Assembly: GCA_963782055.1 (NCBI GenBank)
Contig: CAWAIF010000003.1
Coordinates: forward strand, 5,216,001-5,280,000
Direction: 5' to 3'
DNA length: 64,000 nt
Source: an uncultured delta proteobacterium
GTDB taxonomy: Bacteria; Myxococcota_A; Polyangia; Polyangiales; Polyangiaceae
How positions within the stretch are numbered: the first letter of the stretch is position 1; each line of letters begins with the position of its first letter. The notes under the pieces are model-generated. The model saw only the letters and a program-made list of their open reading frames with translations. It was not told the origin of the DNA and made no database searches. Below, piece after piece: positions 1 to 12,552 of the stretch. The position numbers were made by a program, and so were the translations under genes.

Positions 1-47
1 TTCAGGAAGGACTTTCACCTCCGGGTTGATGCCCATGCTGGGCGCAC
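1..47 (-). mobile_element. 5' end of a group II intron (runs off the window), inserted in the left junction of Int-IS91 copy 1
   Basis: Reverse complement reads GTGCGCCCAGCATGGGCATCAACCCGGAGGTGAAAGTCC (GUGYG start plus a GGTGAAAGTCC domain-I-type motif). It replaces the ...CCATCT that precedes TGGACGAAGCC in copies 2 and 3. Confidence 0.7.
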
Positions 48-226
48 TGGACGAAGCCGCTGCGCGGCAGCGTGGCTCCGCATCAAGCTCGCTCGCGACC
101 CGGGAGCCCCGCGAGCCGTGTGCGCGCTGACGAGCCCGCCTCGTAGCCCTCGCGTGCCGTGATGCGGGCGATCCTGCGGCGCGCGCCGCCCGCTCGTGGG
201 CGCGCGCGGAGCCGAAGGAGGCCGCG

Positions 227-1072
227 ATGGGTGCGAAGCGAAGACTGCGGGACACGATGAGCGAGGACCTCGCGCTGCGAGGGATGAGCGCCAACACGAT
301 CGCCACGTACGTGGGGTGCGTGCGGCGGTTCGCGCAGTACCACGGGCGGTCGCCGTGCGCGCTGGGGGCGGCGGAGATCCGGACGTTCCTCTTGCACCTG
401 GTGGCGGAGCGCAGGCTGGCGGCGCTGACGGTCAACGTGCACGCGGCCGCGCTGAGGTTTCTCTACGAGGTGACGCTGGAGCGGCCGGAGGCGACGCTGG
501 GGATGGCGCGCATGCGGGTGCCGATGCACGTGCCGGTGGTGCTGACGAGCGCGGAGGTGGCGCGGCTGCTCGCGTCGCTCACGAGCCACAAGCACCGGGC
601 CCTGGTGATGCTCGCCTACGGGGCGGGGCTGCGCGTGAGCGAGGTGTGCAAGCTCCGGGTGGACGACATCGATCCGAAGCGGATGCTCCTGCACGTGCGG
701 CACACCAAGCGCGGGCGTGAGCGCTACGTGATGCTCAGCGCGAGGCTGCTGGCGACGCTGCGCGCGTACTGGAAGGCGTCACGACCCGCAGGACCGCAGC
801 TGTTTCCGGGGCGCGTGCCCGGGACGCTCCTCACGCGCGCGGCCGTCCACCGGGCGATCCTCAAGGCGGCGCGGCGCGCGGGCATCACCCGGCGCGTGTC
901 GCCGCACACGCTGCGCCACAGCTTCGCCACGCACCTGCTCGACGCAGGGACCGACCTTCGCACGTTGCAGGTCTTGCTCGGGCACGCGTCGCTCAGGAGC
1001 ACGATGGCCTACCTGCACGTGAGCACCGCCCGCGTGCAGTCGATTCAGAGCCCCCTCGACGCGCTGCCCTGA
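227..1072 (+). CDS. Tyrosine recombinase (phage integrase family with N-terminal SAM-like domain)
   Basis: YGAGLRVSE, HTLRHSFATHLL and LLGHASLRSTMAY motifs (R-H-R-H-Y). Confidence 0.95.
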   Translation: MGAKRRLRDTMSEDLALRGMSANTIATYVGCVRRFAQYHGRSPCALGAAEIRTFLLHLVAERRLAALTVNVHAAALRFLYEVTLERPEATLGMARMRVPMHVPVVLTSAEVARLLASLTSHKHRALVMLAYGAGLRVSEVCKLRVDDIDPKRMLLHVRHTKRGRERYVMLSARLLATLRAYWKASRPAGPQLFPGRVPGTLLTRAAVHRAILKAARRAGITRRVSPHTLRHSFATHLLDAGTDLRTLQVLLGHASLRSTMAYLHVSTARVQSIQSPLDALP

Positions 1073-1078
1073 GCCCCG

Positions 1079-2038
1079 ATGCACCCGTCGTGTGCGCCCG
1101 CGCGCACGCGCGCGGCGCCCATCGAGCTCGCGGACGTGGTGCGCGCCCACGGCGAGGCCTTCGCCGGCGGCCGCGTGCTGCGTCCCGAGGAGCGGTCGGC
1201 GCTGCGGGCGATCGAGCGATGCCGGACCGCCGCGCTGGGCGGACATCTGGACGTGTGCACCGCGTGCGGGCTCGAGCGACCGTCGTACAACTCGTGCCGC
1301 AACCGGCACTGTCCCAAGTGCCAGTCGCTCGCGCAGGCGCGGTGGGTCGCCACGCGGCTCGAGCGCATTCTGCCCGTGCACTACTTCCACGTCGTCTTCA
1401 CGCTCCCCGCCGAGCTGCGCGCCGTCGCGCGGCGCTCGCGCGCGCGGGTCTTCGACATGCTCTTCGCGAGCGCGGCCGACACGCTGGCCACCCTCGCGCG
1501 GGATCCGAAGTGGCTCGGCGCCGAGCTCGGCGTCACGATGGTCCTGCACACCTGGACGCGCGCGCTGCTCTTCCACCCCCACGTGCACGCCATCGTCACC
1601 GGCGGCGGACTCACCGGCGACGCCGCGCGCTGGGTGCGCGCGCGCCGTCGCTTCCTCTTCCCCGTGCGCGTGATGGGCGTCTCGATGGGCGAGCGCGGCG
1701 TCACCTTCCGCACCAGAGACGGCAAGTCGGTCACCGTCCCGGCCGAGGAGCTGCTCGCGCGCTTCGTCCAGCACGTGCTGCCGCGCGGCTTCGTCAAGAT
1801 CCGCCACTACGGCCTGCACTCCGCCAGCCACGCCACCACGCGCCTCGAGACCGCACGCCGCAGACTGGGTCCGCACGCGGCGCCCGCTGCGCGACCGGTG
1901 CGCCGTGCCGTCGCCGCCGACCTGCTGCTGCGAATCGCGGGCATCGACCTGCGCCGCTGCCCCGCTTGCCACACGCCTGCCCTCGTGCGCACCGCGCTGC
2001 CGGAGCCCCGAGCTCGCGACCCGCCGGGGGCCGCATGA
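1079..2038 (+). pseudogene. IS91-family transposase with a 201-bp in-frame deletion removing YLGRY
   Basis: Zn motif CRNRHCPKC and HUH motif HPHVH present; segment equivalent to 24020-24220 of copy 3 is absent. Confidence 0.85.
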
Positions 2039-2366
2039 TCTCCCCGCGTCGTGTTCCACTGCGCTCGCTCCACGAGTGCGGCGCAGGCCCCTGTCCATCC
2101 GCGCCACGAAAACCCGCCCTCCGAGCACGCACGGCTGCCCGCTGCGCGCTCCGGGACGCCCGCGTCGAGCGCCGTCCCGCCGCCCGCTCCGCACCTCGCG
2201 CACCCGCACGCGTGACCCACACGCCGCCAACTTCCCCATAGGGCTCCGAGGCCACCGCCTCGCCGCTGCCGCGCACCGGCTTCGTCCAACCGTCGATTTC
2301 GCGACCGCGCACCCGCGCCACGCGACCGCCGCCGCGACCCGGCGCGCTCACGCAATCGACTCTTAC

Positions 2367-2415
2367 TTATGCGAAGTGGGGCCGTCCGGTGTCACTGGAA
2401 GGACGGACCAGGGTG
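2367..2415 (+). repeat. Array repeat R1, right half (49 bp)
   Basis: TTATGCGAAGTGGGGCCGTCCGGTGTCACTGGAAGGACGGACCAGGGTG. Confidence 0.97.
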
Positions 2416-2553
2416 AGGAGCGCGAACAAGTTCTGCGCGCAGCAGTGCGTGAACGACTCGAACTGCGGGGCCGCGCACTGCCACGGGGACTTCAGCTTCG
2501 CGTCGTCGAGCTGCAACGGGCCGAAGGCGTGTGGGCCGTGAGCCGCTTCCCCG

Positions 2554-3024
2554 TTAGAGACACGCCCCCACCAGATTTCCGTCGATCGACACGGTCGTGC
2601 ACGTCTTCCCGAGCGCCGGGCAGACGTCGTCCCAGGGGCACAGCGTGAGCCCGGTGCAGGTCGCCGCGCAGTCGTAGTTGGTGCCGCTCTGGCGCGTGAA
2701 CGTCGGTGGGCACGTCGTCGAGTCCGGCGTGGGTACGATCGTCTGGACGCAGCACACCTGCCCGCTCGGACAGAAGAAGTCGTAGTGCGTGTCTCCGCAG
2801 CCCCACGATGCCTCTCCGGGCGCGCAGGCGTTGAGTTCGCAGCCACCCGGCACGCAGCACGCCGACATCGGGCAGTTGCCGCAGGGATCTTCGTAGATCG
2901 GCCGCGCGCCGGCGTCGCACGTGGAGGTGCCTGCGTCGGACGTCTGCTTCAGGTCCGCGAAACCCCACACGTCGGCGCAGCCCGCGACGAGGACCAGCAG
3001 GATCACGGAGGCACGCGCGCTCAC
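2554..3024 (-). CDS. Cys-rich putative lipoprotein (cargo 1)
   Basis: Signal/lipobox LVAGC, many Cys, overlaps the stop of the upstream gene. Confidence 0.7.
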   Translation of the reverse strand: MSARASVILLVLVAGCADVWGFADLKQTSDAGTSTCDAGARPIYEDPCGNCPMSACCVPGGCELNACAPGEASWGCGDTHYDFFCPSGQVCCVQTIVPTPDSTTCPPTFTRQSGTNYDCAATCTGLTLCPWDDVCPALGKTCTTVSIDGNLVGACL

Positions 3025-3847
3025 CAGCTCACCCTCAGGTCGACGCCACCATAGTTCGTGCCCACGGAGGGATGAATCGCCACGCCGCTCCTGGGGGCGG
3101 TGATGAACAGCACGGCGCCGGCCGCGAGCGACGCGGCTCCGACGACGAACGCCACGGTCGCGGCGGTCGCCTGATCATGCGCCGACGCCCCGCCCTGGAC
3201 ACCGGCCGCGTCACACGCGGCTGGATTGCCGCCGCAGTGATCCCGGAGCGCGCCGTCGTAGGTCGACTTCGCCACGAGCGCCAGGACGCCTCCGATGATG
3301 ACGATGCCGACTCCGGCGCCACCGACGATGAGCCCGACGGTACGCTGCGTGACGCCGCCGGTGCCCGCCGCGGCGCGTGCGCCGAGGACGACGGTCTCCT
3401 GGCGCCCCTTCTCCGCCTCGCGGAGTACGAGCGTCTTCTCGACCGCGCCGAGTCCGGCCGCCTCGAAGCGAAAGGTGTGCTCGCCCGGGTCGACGCTGAT
3501 CGGCGTGCCGTCGACGCGGTCGGAGACGGGCGCACCGTCCACGCTCACGCGGACGGCGGTCAGCGCCGCGCCGCCGGCGTCGTTCACCGCGAAGATGATC
3601 GACGGTGTGGCTCTCTCGACGTCAGCGAGCCGCTTCCTGCAGTCATCGCGCACCGGTCCCGGACAGCTCTCGGCGACGCAGGCGAGGAGCTTGCTCCGGG
3701 CTTCGCGCGGCTTGCCGGCGTGCTGCAGACCCTGCGCGCTCTCGTTGCTGTCGATGCACTCCTGCTTCGTCGGTGCCGCATGGGCCTGCGCGCTCGCGGC
3801 GAGCGTCGCGAGCACGGCGAAGGCGGCCACCGCCGTCCTGACTCGAG

Positions 3848-3869
<22 letters not shown>
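3021..3869 (-). CDS. Secreted PEGA-like domain membrane protein (cargo 1)
   Basis: Signal peptide, VSVDG...VDPGEHTFRFEA, C-terminal TM helices; a typical myxobacterial kinase neighbour. Confidence 0.75.
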
Positions 3870-5284
<1,415 letters not shown>

Positions 5285-5390
5285 ACGGACCCCGGATCGC
5301 AGATGTTACACCGCTTCCGGTTCCGGCATGTGGGTACCGGTGTCTCCCCGGACCGGCGACGCAGGAGAGCTCCGAGCGGTCATGGTTCGA

Positions 5391-5441
5391 GCGCATAGGA
5401 AATGCTAGCGCGGTCGGGCGCGAAAGTTTACGAAATCCATC
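5391..5441 (+). repeat. Array repeat R2, left half (variant B), interrupted by Int-IS91 copy 2
   Basis: GCGCATAGGAAATGCTAGCGCGGTCGGGCGCGAAAGTTTACGAAATCCATC. Confidence 0.97.
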
Positions 5442-5621
5442 TTGGACGAAGCCGCTGCGCGGCAGCGTGGCTCCGCATCAAGCTCGCTCGCGACCCGGGA
5501 GCCCCGCGAGCCGTGTGCGCGCTGACGAGCCCGCCTCGTAGCCCTCGCGTGCCGTGATGCGGGCGATCCTGCGGCGCGCGCCGCCCGCTCGTGGGCGCGC
5601 GCGGAGCCGAAGGAGGCCGCG

Positions 5622-6467
5622 ATGGGTGCGAAGCGAAGACTGCGGGACACGATGAGCGAGGACCTCGCGCTGCGAGGGATGAGCGCCAACACGATCGCCA
5701 CGTACGTGGGGTGCGTGCGGCGGTTCGCGCAGTACCACGGGCGGTCGCCGTGCGCGCTGGGGGCGGCGGAGATCCGGACGTTCCTCTTGCACCTGGTGGC
5801 GGAGCGCAGGCTGGCGGCGCTGACGGTCAACGTGCACGCGGCCGCGCTGAGGTTTCTCTACGAGGTGACGCTGGAGCGGCCGGAGGCGACGCTGGGGATG
5901 GCGCGCATGCGGGTGCCGATGCACGTGCCGGTGGTGCTGACGAGCGCGGAGGTGGCGCGGCTGCTCGCGTCGCTCACGAGCCACAAGCACCGGGCCCTGG
6001 TGATGCTCGCCTACGGGGCGGGGCTGCGCGTGAGCGAGGTGTGCAAGCTCCGGGTGGACGACATCGATCCGAAGCGGATGCTCCTGCACGTGCGGCACAC
6101 CAAGCGCGGGCGTGAGCGCTACGTGATGCTCAGCGCGAGGCTGCTGGCGACGCTGCGCGCGTACTGGAAGGCGTCACGACCCGCAGGACCGCAGCTGTTT
6201 CCGGGGCGCGTGCCCGGGACGCTCCTCACGCGCGCGGCCGTCCACCGGGCGATCCTCAAGGCGGCGCGGCGCGCGGGCATCACCCGGCGCGTGTCGCCGC
6301 ACACGCTGCGCCACAGCTTCGCCACGCACCTGCTCGACGCAGGGACCGACCTTCGCACGTTGCAGGTCTTGCTCGGGCACGCGTCGCTCAGGAGCACGAT
6401 GGCCTACCTGCACGTGAGCACCGCCCGCGTGCAGTCGATTCAGAGCCCCCTCGACGCGCTGCCCTGA
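5622..6467 (+). CDS. Tyrosine recombinase
   Basis: Protein identical to 227-1072. Confidence 0.95.
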   Translation: MGAKRRLRDTMSEDLALRGMSANTIATYVGCVRRFAQYHGRSPCALGAAEIRTFLLHLVAERRLAALTVNVHAAALRFLYEVTLERPEATLGMARMRVPMHVPVVLTSAEVARLLASLTSHKHRALVMLAYGAGLRVSEVCKLRVDDIDPKRMLLHVRHTKRGRERYVMLSARLLATLRAYWKASRPAGPQLFPGRVPGTLLTRAAVHRAILKAARRAGITRRVSPHTLRHSFATHLLDAGTDLRTLQVLLGHASLRSTMAYLHVSTARVQSIQSPLDALP

Positions 6468-6473
6468 GCCCCG

Positions 6474-7433
6474 ATGCACCCGTCGTGTGCGCCCGCGCGC
6501 ACGCGCGCGGCGCCCATCGAGCTCGCGGACGTGGTGCGCGCCCACGGCGAGGCCTTCGCCGGCGGCCGCGTGCTGCGTCCCGAGGAGCGGTCGGCGCTGC
6601 GGGCGATCGAGCGATGCCGGACCGCCGCGCTGGGCGGACATCTGGACGTGTGCACCGCGTGCGGGCTCGAGCGACCGTCGTACAACTCGTGCCGCAACCG
6701 GCACTGTCCCAAGTGCCAGTCGCTCGCGCAGGCGCGGTGGGTCGCCACGCGGCTCGAGCGCATTCTGCCCGTGCACTACTTCCACGTCGTCTTCACGCTC
6801 CCCGCCGAGCTGCGCGCCGTCGCGCGGCGCTCGCGCGCGCGGGTCTTCGACATGCTCTTCGCGAGCGCGGCCGACACGCTGGCCACCCTCGCGCGGGATC
6901 CGAAGTGGCTCGGCGCCGAGCTCGGCGTCACGATGGTCCTGCACACCTGGACGCGCGCGCTGCTCTTCCACCCCCACGTGCACGCCATCGTCACCGGCGG
7001 CGGACTCACCGGCGACGCCGCGCGCTGGGTGCGCGCGCGCCGTCGCTTCCTCTTCCCCGTGCGCGTGATGGGCGTCTCGATGGGCGAGCGCGGCGTCACC
7101 TTCCGCACCAGAGACGGCAAGTCGGTCACCGTCCCGGCCGAGGAGCTGCTCGCGCGCTTCGTCCAGCACGTGCTGCCGCGCGGCTTCGTCAAGATCCGCC
7201 ACTACGGCCTGCACTCCGCCAGCCACGCCACCACGCGCCTCGAGACCGCACGCCGCAGACTGGGTCCGCACGCGGCGCCCGCTGCGCGACCGGTGCGCCG
7301 TGCCGACGCCGCCGACCTGCTGCTGCGAATCGCGGGCATCGACCTGCGCCGCTGCCCCGCTTGCCACACGCCTGCCCTCGTGCGCACCGCGCTGCCGGAG
7401 CCCCGAGCTCGCGACCCGCCGGGGGCCGCATGA
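6474..7433 (+). pseudogene. IS91-family transposase with the same in-frame deletion
   Basis: Same ATGGGC|GTCTCG junction as copy 1. Confidence 0.85.
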
Positions 7434-7768
7434 TCTCCCCGCGTCGTGTTCCACTGCGCTCGCTCCACGAGTGCGGCGCAGGCCCCTGTCCATCCGCGCC
7501 ACGAAAACCCGCCCTCCGAGCACGCACGGCTGCCCGCTGCGCGCTCCGGGACGCCCGCGTCGAGCGCCGTCCCGCCGCCCGCTCCGCACCTCGCGCACCC
7601 GCACGCGTGACCCACACGCCGCCAACTTCCCCATAGGGCTCCGGGCTCCGAGGCCACCGCCTCGCCGCTGCCGCGCACCGGCTTCGTCCAACCGTCGATT
7701 TCGCGACCGCGCACCCGCGCCACGCGACCGCCGCCGCGACCCGGCGCGCTCACGCAATCGACTCTTAC

Positions 7769-7817
7769 TTATGCGAAGTGGGGCCGTCCGGTGTCACTGG
7801 AAGGACGGACCAGGGTG
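7769..7817 (+). repeat. Array repeat R2, right half
   Basis: Identical 49-mer. Confidence 0.97.
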
Positions 7818-8157
7818 GCTCGAAGCGCTCGCCCGCGCCGCTGGGATGCCTCGCGATCATGTGGCGCACGGCTGCCGCCAACGGGATCCGGATGGGCTTC
7901 GCCGAGCAAGGGTCGCCGGCTACGTCAGGACGGGGCAGCGCGAGACCTTGCCCTCAGCAGGGTCAGTGCTCGATGTCGCTGTGCTTCGCCCTGCCGGAGA
8001 AGAGCTGCACCCTTCGACAATCGCCGCGCAGAACATCACATCGTTGTAGATCAACAGGAGCCTTCCGCGTGACGACCCAGTCGGACCGCAACACCGCGCA
8101 GAACGTGAGTCAATTGCGGAGCGATTCCCAGCACCCGACGCCATGGGAGACCGCGGT

Positions 8158-9252
8158 TCAGTCACCGCCAAACGGCGGGTGTGACGCGACCCAGATGTCA
8201 TACTTTCCGCCGCTCCCCGAGCGCTGACTGGTGAAGTAGAGGCTGCAGGAGTCCGGCGAGATCCATCCTGGGATGTCCACACCCTGGTTGGAGGCAAGCT
8301 CCGTGACGACGGCGGCGTTCGCGAACAGGGAGCTCGTCGTGGCACGGTTCGCTACCCAGACGTCGCCTCCTTGATAGTAGTACAGCGTCAGCCCGTCGCC
8401 CGTCACCACGGGATGCGGGACATCCGCGACGCCCGACACGAACACTTGCACCGGCTTGGAGCATGTCCCCTTGCCAGTGCAGTCCGCCTCGAAGAGAGGC
8501 AAGTCAGCGTTGTTGCCCTGCATGGTCAAGTACAACTTACTACCGTCCTCGGTCACATATGGCCACCGATGGAAGACGTTCGGCTGGCTGACGCCTGTCA
8601 CCACCGACGGGGTGCCGAATGGCATCGCGGTGCTCGTGCGCTGGCTCACGAAGATGTCGAAGAATGACGCAGCGTCGAAGTCGTTCGACTCGAAGTACAT
8701 CGTGAGCCCATCCGCCGTAACAGCCGGGGCGTCGTCTATGAGGGAGCCGTTGACGTTGCCGACAGGCGCGACGTTGCCGAAGGCATCGCTCCTTGTCGCG
8801 CGGGTGGCCTGGTAGATGTCCACGCTCTGGTTGGCGTTCGCGCCGCGCGCGAAGTAGATCGTCAGCTCGTCGGGGCTGAGGGAGCCGACCAGCTCGTAGT
8901 CCGCCGTGTTGATGTTCCCGCCCAGCGGCGTCGGTGGCATGAAGGGCTTGCCCAGATCGCACGGCGGCTGGCCCGAGTCGGTCGGCGCGGCGTGGTCACT
9001 TCCGTCCCCACTGGCGTCGAGGTCTGCATCGACCCCCGCGTCGAGGCCCGAGCAGTCGCATGCCGAGTATGCCGTCCCCGCCGCGTTGCAGACCTGGTAC
9101 CCGGTGCAGCTCCCGGCGCCGACGCAACTGACCGACTGGTTCGGGATGCATGCCGGGGACGACGACACGGGGGGATCGCCTCCGCCGCACTGGAACGCGA
9201 GGGCCGCGCCGACCGCCGCGGCGGTGAATAGGACAAGGTACTGTCTCGACAT
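8158..9252 (-). CDS. Putative lipoprotein with TolB/PD40-like beta-propeller repeats (cargo 2)
   Basis: Signal peptide plus Cys, repeated SPDELTIYF / TADGLTMYF / SPDSCSLYF motifs; start chosen at MSRQ. Confidence 0.75.
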   Translation of the reverse strand: MSRQYLVLFTAAAVGAALAFQCGGGDPPVSSSPACIPNQSVSCVGAGSCTGYQVCNAAGTAYSACDCSGLDAGVDADLDASGDGSDHAAPTDSGQPPCDLGKPFMPPTPLGGNINTADYELVGSLSPDELTIYFARGANANQSVDIYQATRATRSDAFGNVAPVGNVNGSLIDDAPAVTADGLTMYFESNDFDAASFFDIFVSQRTSTAMPFGTPSVVTGVSQPNVFHRWPYVTEDGSKLYLTMQGNNADLPLFEADCTGKGTCSKPVQVFVSGVADVPHPVVTGDGLTLYYYQGGDVWVANRATTSSLFANAAVVTELASNQGVDIPGWISPDSCSLYFTSQRSGSGGKYDIWVASHPPFGGD

Positions 9253-9623
9253 GATGCCCTCCATCGACCGGCCGCGATGATGGCTCGTCGCCACAACAAC
9301 ACAGAGCACGATCCCACTCGTGGCGCAAGGCGCGGGCCTGCGCTGCCGGCTGCCGGGGACCTGGTCGTTCCCGGTCCGGCAGCGTTCTCATGGCTGGAGG
9401 CGCGCCACCAAGGCCTCCCCACTGACCGCGACCGCGCGCGTGACGGTGCCGGACGGCAAGGTCATCGTGTCGGCGCGTGTCCGCGCAGCATCCGACCACC
9501 ACGGAGTCCGGCCACGTGGGGAACGCAAGCCTCAGAAGATGTTCGCGCTGCTCTGCGACGAGCCGGAGCCGAAGCTCGCCAAGTTCTTCCCACCGGAATC
9601 GAACTGCGCGTCGCCTCACACCG

Positions 9624-10166
9624 TTAACGTTGAGTCTCACACGCGCGCGTGCAGGCATTGTGCACGGCATCGGCTCCGTCAAGGCAGCGTTGCAGAGCGC
9701 CTCCGCCATTCGCACACCACGCCCGTCGGCAGGTCCGACGAACCGTGCGAATGCACGTGTTGCGATCAGCGTTGTCCGCGGCAACGTCGGCTCTACAGTC
9801 CTCGAGAATCTGGGGTAGGTCTCCAAGGCACACATTCTCGCAGAACGCACGCGCCGCGAAACCACGGCACACTACATGACATTTTTGCGTACGCTCGGTA
9901 GCGACGCTCGTACAACTCCCCACATCTTCGGGCGAACCGCATACGGCGTCACCGACCCGGCAGTATGCGTCGCAGGCGGTACACTCCATGCTCCTGACGA
10001 GCACCGGGCGTGCGCAGGCGTCGAGGCAACCAGCGCGACGCTTCCGCGCCACCAGCGCGTCCCGCTCGGCCATCGGCCTGCAGCCCCATAGACCGAGGGC
10101 GACGACGATAAGCAGCGCCGGAAAGGAGGTGACGCGACGCATCCCAGTTAGCCGCGACATCATCAT
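9624..10166 (-). CDS. Cys-rich hypothetical lipoprotein (cargo 2)
   Basis: Hydrophobic N-terminus with LWGC, Cys-rich, directly follows the Sel1 gene. Confidence 0.45.
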   Translation of the reverse strand: MMMSRLTGMRRVTSFPALLIVVALGLWGCRPMAERDALVARKRRAGCLDACARPVLVRSMECTACDAYCRVGDAVCGSPEDVGSCTSVATERTQKCHVVCRGFAARAFCENVCLGDLPQILEDCRADVAADNADRNTCIRTVRRTCRRAWCANGGGALQRCLDGADAVHNACTRACETQR

Positions 10167-10169
10167 GCG

Positions 10170-11621
10170 TCATGGATCGGTGTTGTCCGTGGCGCGCCGG
10201 CACCCGATGGTGAGCCCTTGATCACACGCCTTCGCATACAGCCGTTGAGCAGCTACCGCATCCGGTCGCGTTCCGACGCCGACCGCCGTGAGCCGCGCCA
10301 AAGTCAAGCACGCAGTCGACTCGCCCTCATTGCAGGCCAGATCGTCAAATGATACCGCGATGCTGGCGTCTCGTGAAGTTCCGATGCCAGCTTCGTAGAC
10401 GCGGCCCACGTTGGCGCAAGCTTGCCCGAGTCCCTCCTGGCACGCCTTGATGTAGAGCTCTACGGCGCGTGCAGCGAACCCGCATCCTGGTGTCCTCTCG
10501 TAGACTTGCGCCAAGTCGTTGCAGCCTCCCGCTCCGTCGCGGCCGCCATTCAAGCAGGCTCGTTTGTAGAGGCGAAGCGCCGTTGCCTCATCCCGCTCGA
10601 CGCCGAACCCAACTTGGTAGAGCTGCGCAAGGTCCTCGCATCCTACCGGATCGTCATGAGCGCACGCGTGTCGATATAGCTCCGCGGCGCGGACTGGATT
10701 GAAGCTCACCGTAATGCCATGCTGGTAGGCAACGCCCAGGTTGACGCAGGCGCTCTCACCGCCCCCATGACCACACGCTCGCCGGTATAACTTGACTGCG
10801 CGCGCCGTGTCGACGGGTACACCGCGGCCGCTGTCATACAGCCACCCTAGATTGCCACATCCAACCATGTCACCCCCCGCGCATCCTCGCCAATAGCTCG
10901 TCGCCGCGCGAGCGTAATCCTGGATACCACCGCGCCCGCGTTCGAAGAGGGCGCCCAGGTTGCTGCAGGCGCGAGCCAGACCCCTGCCGCAAAGCGAATC
11001 GTAGAGGAGTGCCGCTTGCGGCACATCGCGACTGTCATCGTCGTAGAGCCACGCGAGTTGGAGGCAGGCCTCGACGTCGCCGGCGTTGCATGTAGCCTGC
11101 TGGATGGTGATGGCGTGATCAACGTCTCGCGGGACACCAAGCCCCCCCGCATAATCAATTCCCAAACGCCTACATCCAACGATCTGTCCCCCGTAGCAAG
11201 CACGTTGATTGAGGCGCGCGGCGCGTTTGAGATCGGTGCTCACACCAATGCCGTTCGCGCAGAGCCACCCCAGGTCCAGACAGCCTTCGGCGTCGCCAAG
11301 CTGGCACCCCCGCTCGTCGAGTTCGGCCGCCTGCTTATCGTCTCGACTGACGACAATACCTTGTAGATAAAGCGATCCCGCCGCCGTACAACTCCCTGCG
11401 ACGCCGCGGGAGCATTCCAACTGGAGAATGGTGAGGGAAGGGGCGCGCGGGCCGCGCGCCGCGGTGCTAGCAGTTCCCCTGCAGCATCCAGACGCATCGG
11501 GGTTCTCGCCGGACCGACAGAGCGAGCTACATGTCACCGCCTGTCCCTGAGCGGCTGAAGCACCGAGCAACGGAAGGAGAAATGCCAGGGGCCAAAGGGG
11601 AGGGGAACAGCGCATTCTCAC
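10170..11621 (-). CDS. Secreted Sel1-like repeat protein (cargo 2)
   Basis: Repeated ACxNLGxLYxxGxGVxxDxxxAxxLYxRAC units, signal peptide. Confidence 0.9.
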   Translation of the reverse strand: MRMRCSPPLWPLAFLLPLLGASAAQGQAVTCSSLCRSGENPDASGCCRGTASTAARGPRAPSLTILQLECSRGVAGSCTAAGSLYLQGIVVSRDDKQAAELDERGCQLGDAEGCLDLGWLCANGIGVSTDLKRAARLNQRACYGGQIVGCRRLGIDYAGGLGVPRDVDHAITIQQATCNAGDVEACLQLAWLYDDDSRDVPQAALLYDSLCGRGLARACSNLGALFERGRGGIQDYARAATSYWRGCAGGDMVGCGNLGWLYDSGRGVPVDTARAVKLYRRACGHGGGESACVNLGVAYQHGITVSFNPVRAAELYRHACAHDDPVGCEDLAQLYQVGFGVERDEATALRLYKRACLNGGRDGAGGCNDLAQVYERTPGCGFAARAVELYIKACQEGLGQACANVGRVYEAGIGTSRDASIAVSFDDLACNEGESTACLTLARLTAVGVGTRPDAVAAQRLYAKACDQGLTIGCRRATDNTDP

Positions 11622-11860
11622 ATGATAGCTCAGGCGCGCTCACGGGCAAAGGGCGTCCGGTGGCCTCCGTAGGGCTCGTTAGGCTCCCAGTCGCGGTTGA
11701 CACCCGCTCCAGTCGGAGCCCACGGAAGGCTGCAGGCTCCGCCCGCACGCAGATGTCGGCAGATGTTCACTGCTGTCGCACCGGGCGGCCTCGCGAAGGG
11801 GGTGCGTGGTGGCGGGGCGGGCCACTCGAACGCTCGAACGCCTGAACTTCCGGCACGTTG

Positions 11861-11960
11861 GCGCATAGGAAATCCTAGCGCGGTCGGGCGCGAAAGTTTA
11901 CGGAATCCATCTTATGCGAAGTGGGGCCGTCCGGTGTCACTGGAAGGACGGACCAGGGTG
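11861..11960 (+). repeat. Array repeat R3 (intact 100 bp, variant A)
   Basis: Full repeat; dif-like 28-mer at 11895-11922. Confidence 0.98.
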
Positions 11961-12552
11961 GACTATGGCATTGCTCCCTACGTGAAGACTGCCCCGCTCC
12001 AGATGCTAGGCGCCATGCTCATGCTGGCGTGCACGTCGTCTCCGTCGTCGGCTCCTCCTGGCGACGGCGGCGGTGACGGCGGGGCGGACGTTGGGGCAGC
12101 GTGTGATCCGACGGCCCTCGGCGGCGTCCGCCAAGACCAGTTGGAGATGGTCCCCGAGAGAGCGTAGCGTCCTTCGACATCGCCGAGTCCGCTGCGGCGG
12201 ACGGGACCGGGCATCGGTCTAGCAGACAATCTAGACCTCATCCTGGGTGAGGCACTTCCGCTTCACGACCTCGGCGAGGTCGGGCATCTTCTTGATCTCC
12301 CCCACGTTCGAGCGATGCCTACCCTCTTGCCAAGTGGCAGGGGTACGCTTCTTCCCTTCGAGGCTCGTCTGCTCCTTGCAGCAGCCGTCCTCTTTGACGC
12401 GGAAGGTCCACCCCTGGGGAAGAGGTGGCGTCGGTTCGATGCTCAAGCCTTAGCTCGGCGATCGACGGTTCATGCGGACCACCTACAACGGGCGTCTTCT
12501 CCGTGCCGAGGGGTAGCGTTTGCGCCATGTCGATGCTAACTTTCGCACCAGG

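Larger units (their letters stand above)
48..2366 (+). mobile_element. Tyrosine recombinase + IS91-family transposase element, copy 1 (transposase internally deleted)
   Basis: Near-identical to 5442-7768 and 22387-24905; ends at TCTTAC immediately before the right half of the array repeat. Confidence 0.9.
5442..7768 (+). mobile_element. Tyrosine recombinase + IS91-family transposase element, copy 2 (deleted transposase)
   Basis: Inserted between the R2 halves; same as copy 1 apart from a 7-bp GGGCTCC duplication and a point change. Confidence 0.92.

Noticed and set aside
11961..12520. Short ORFs at the start of cargo 3
   Set aside because: No recognisable motifs; probably gene fragments
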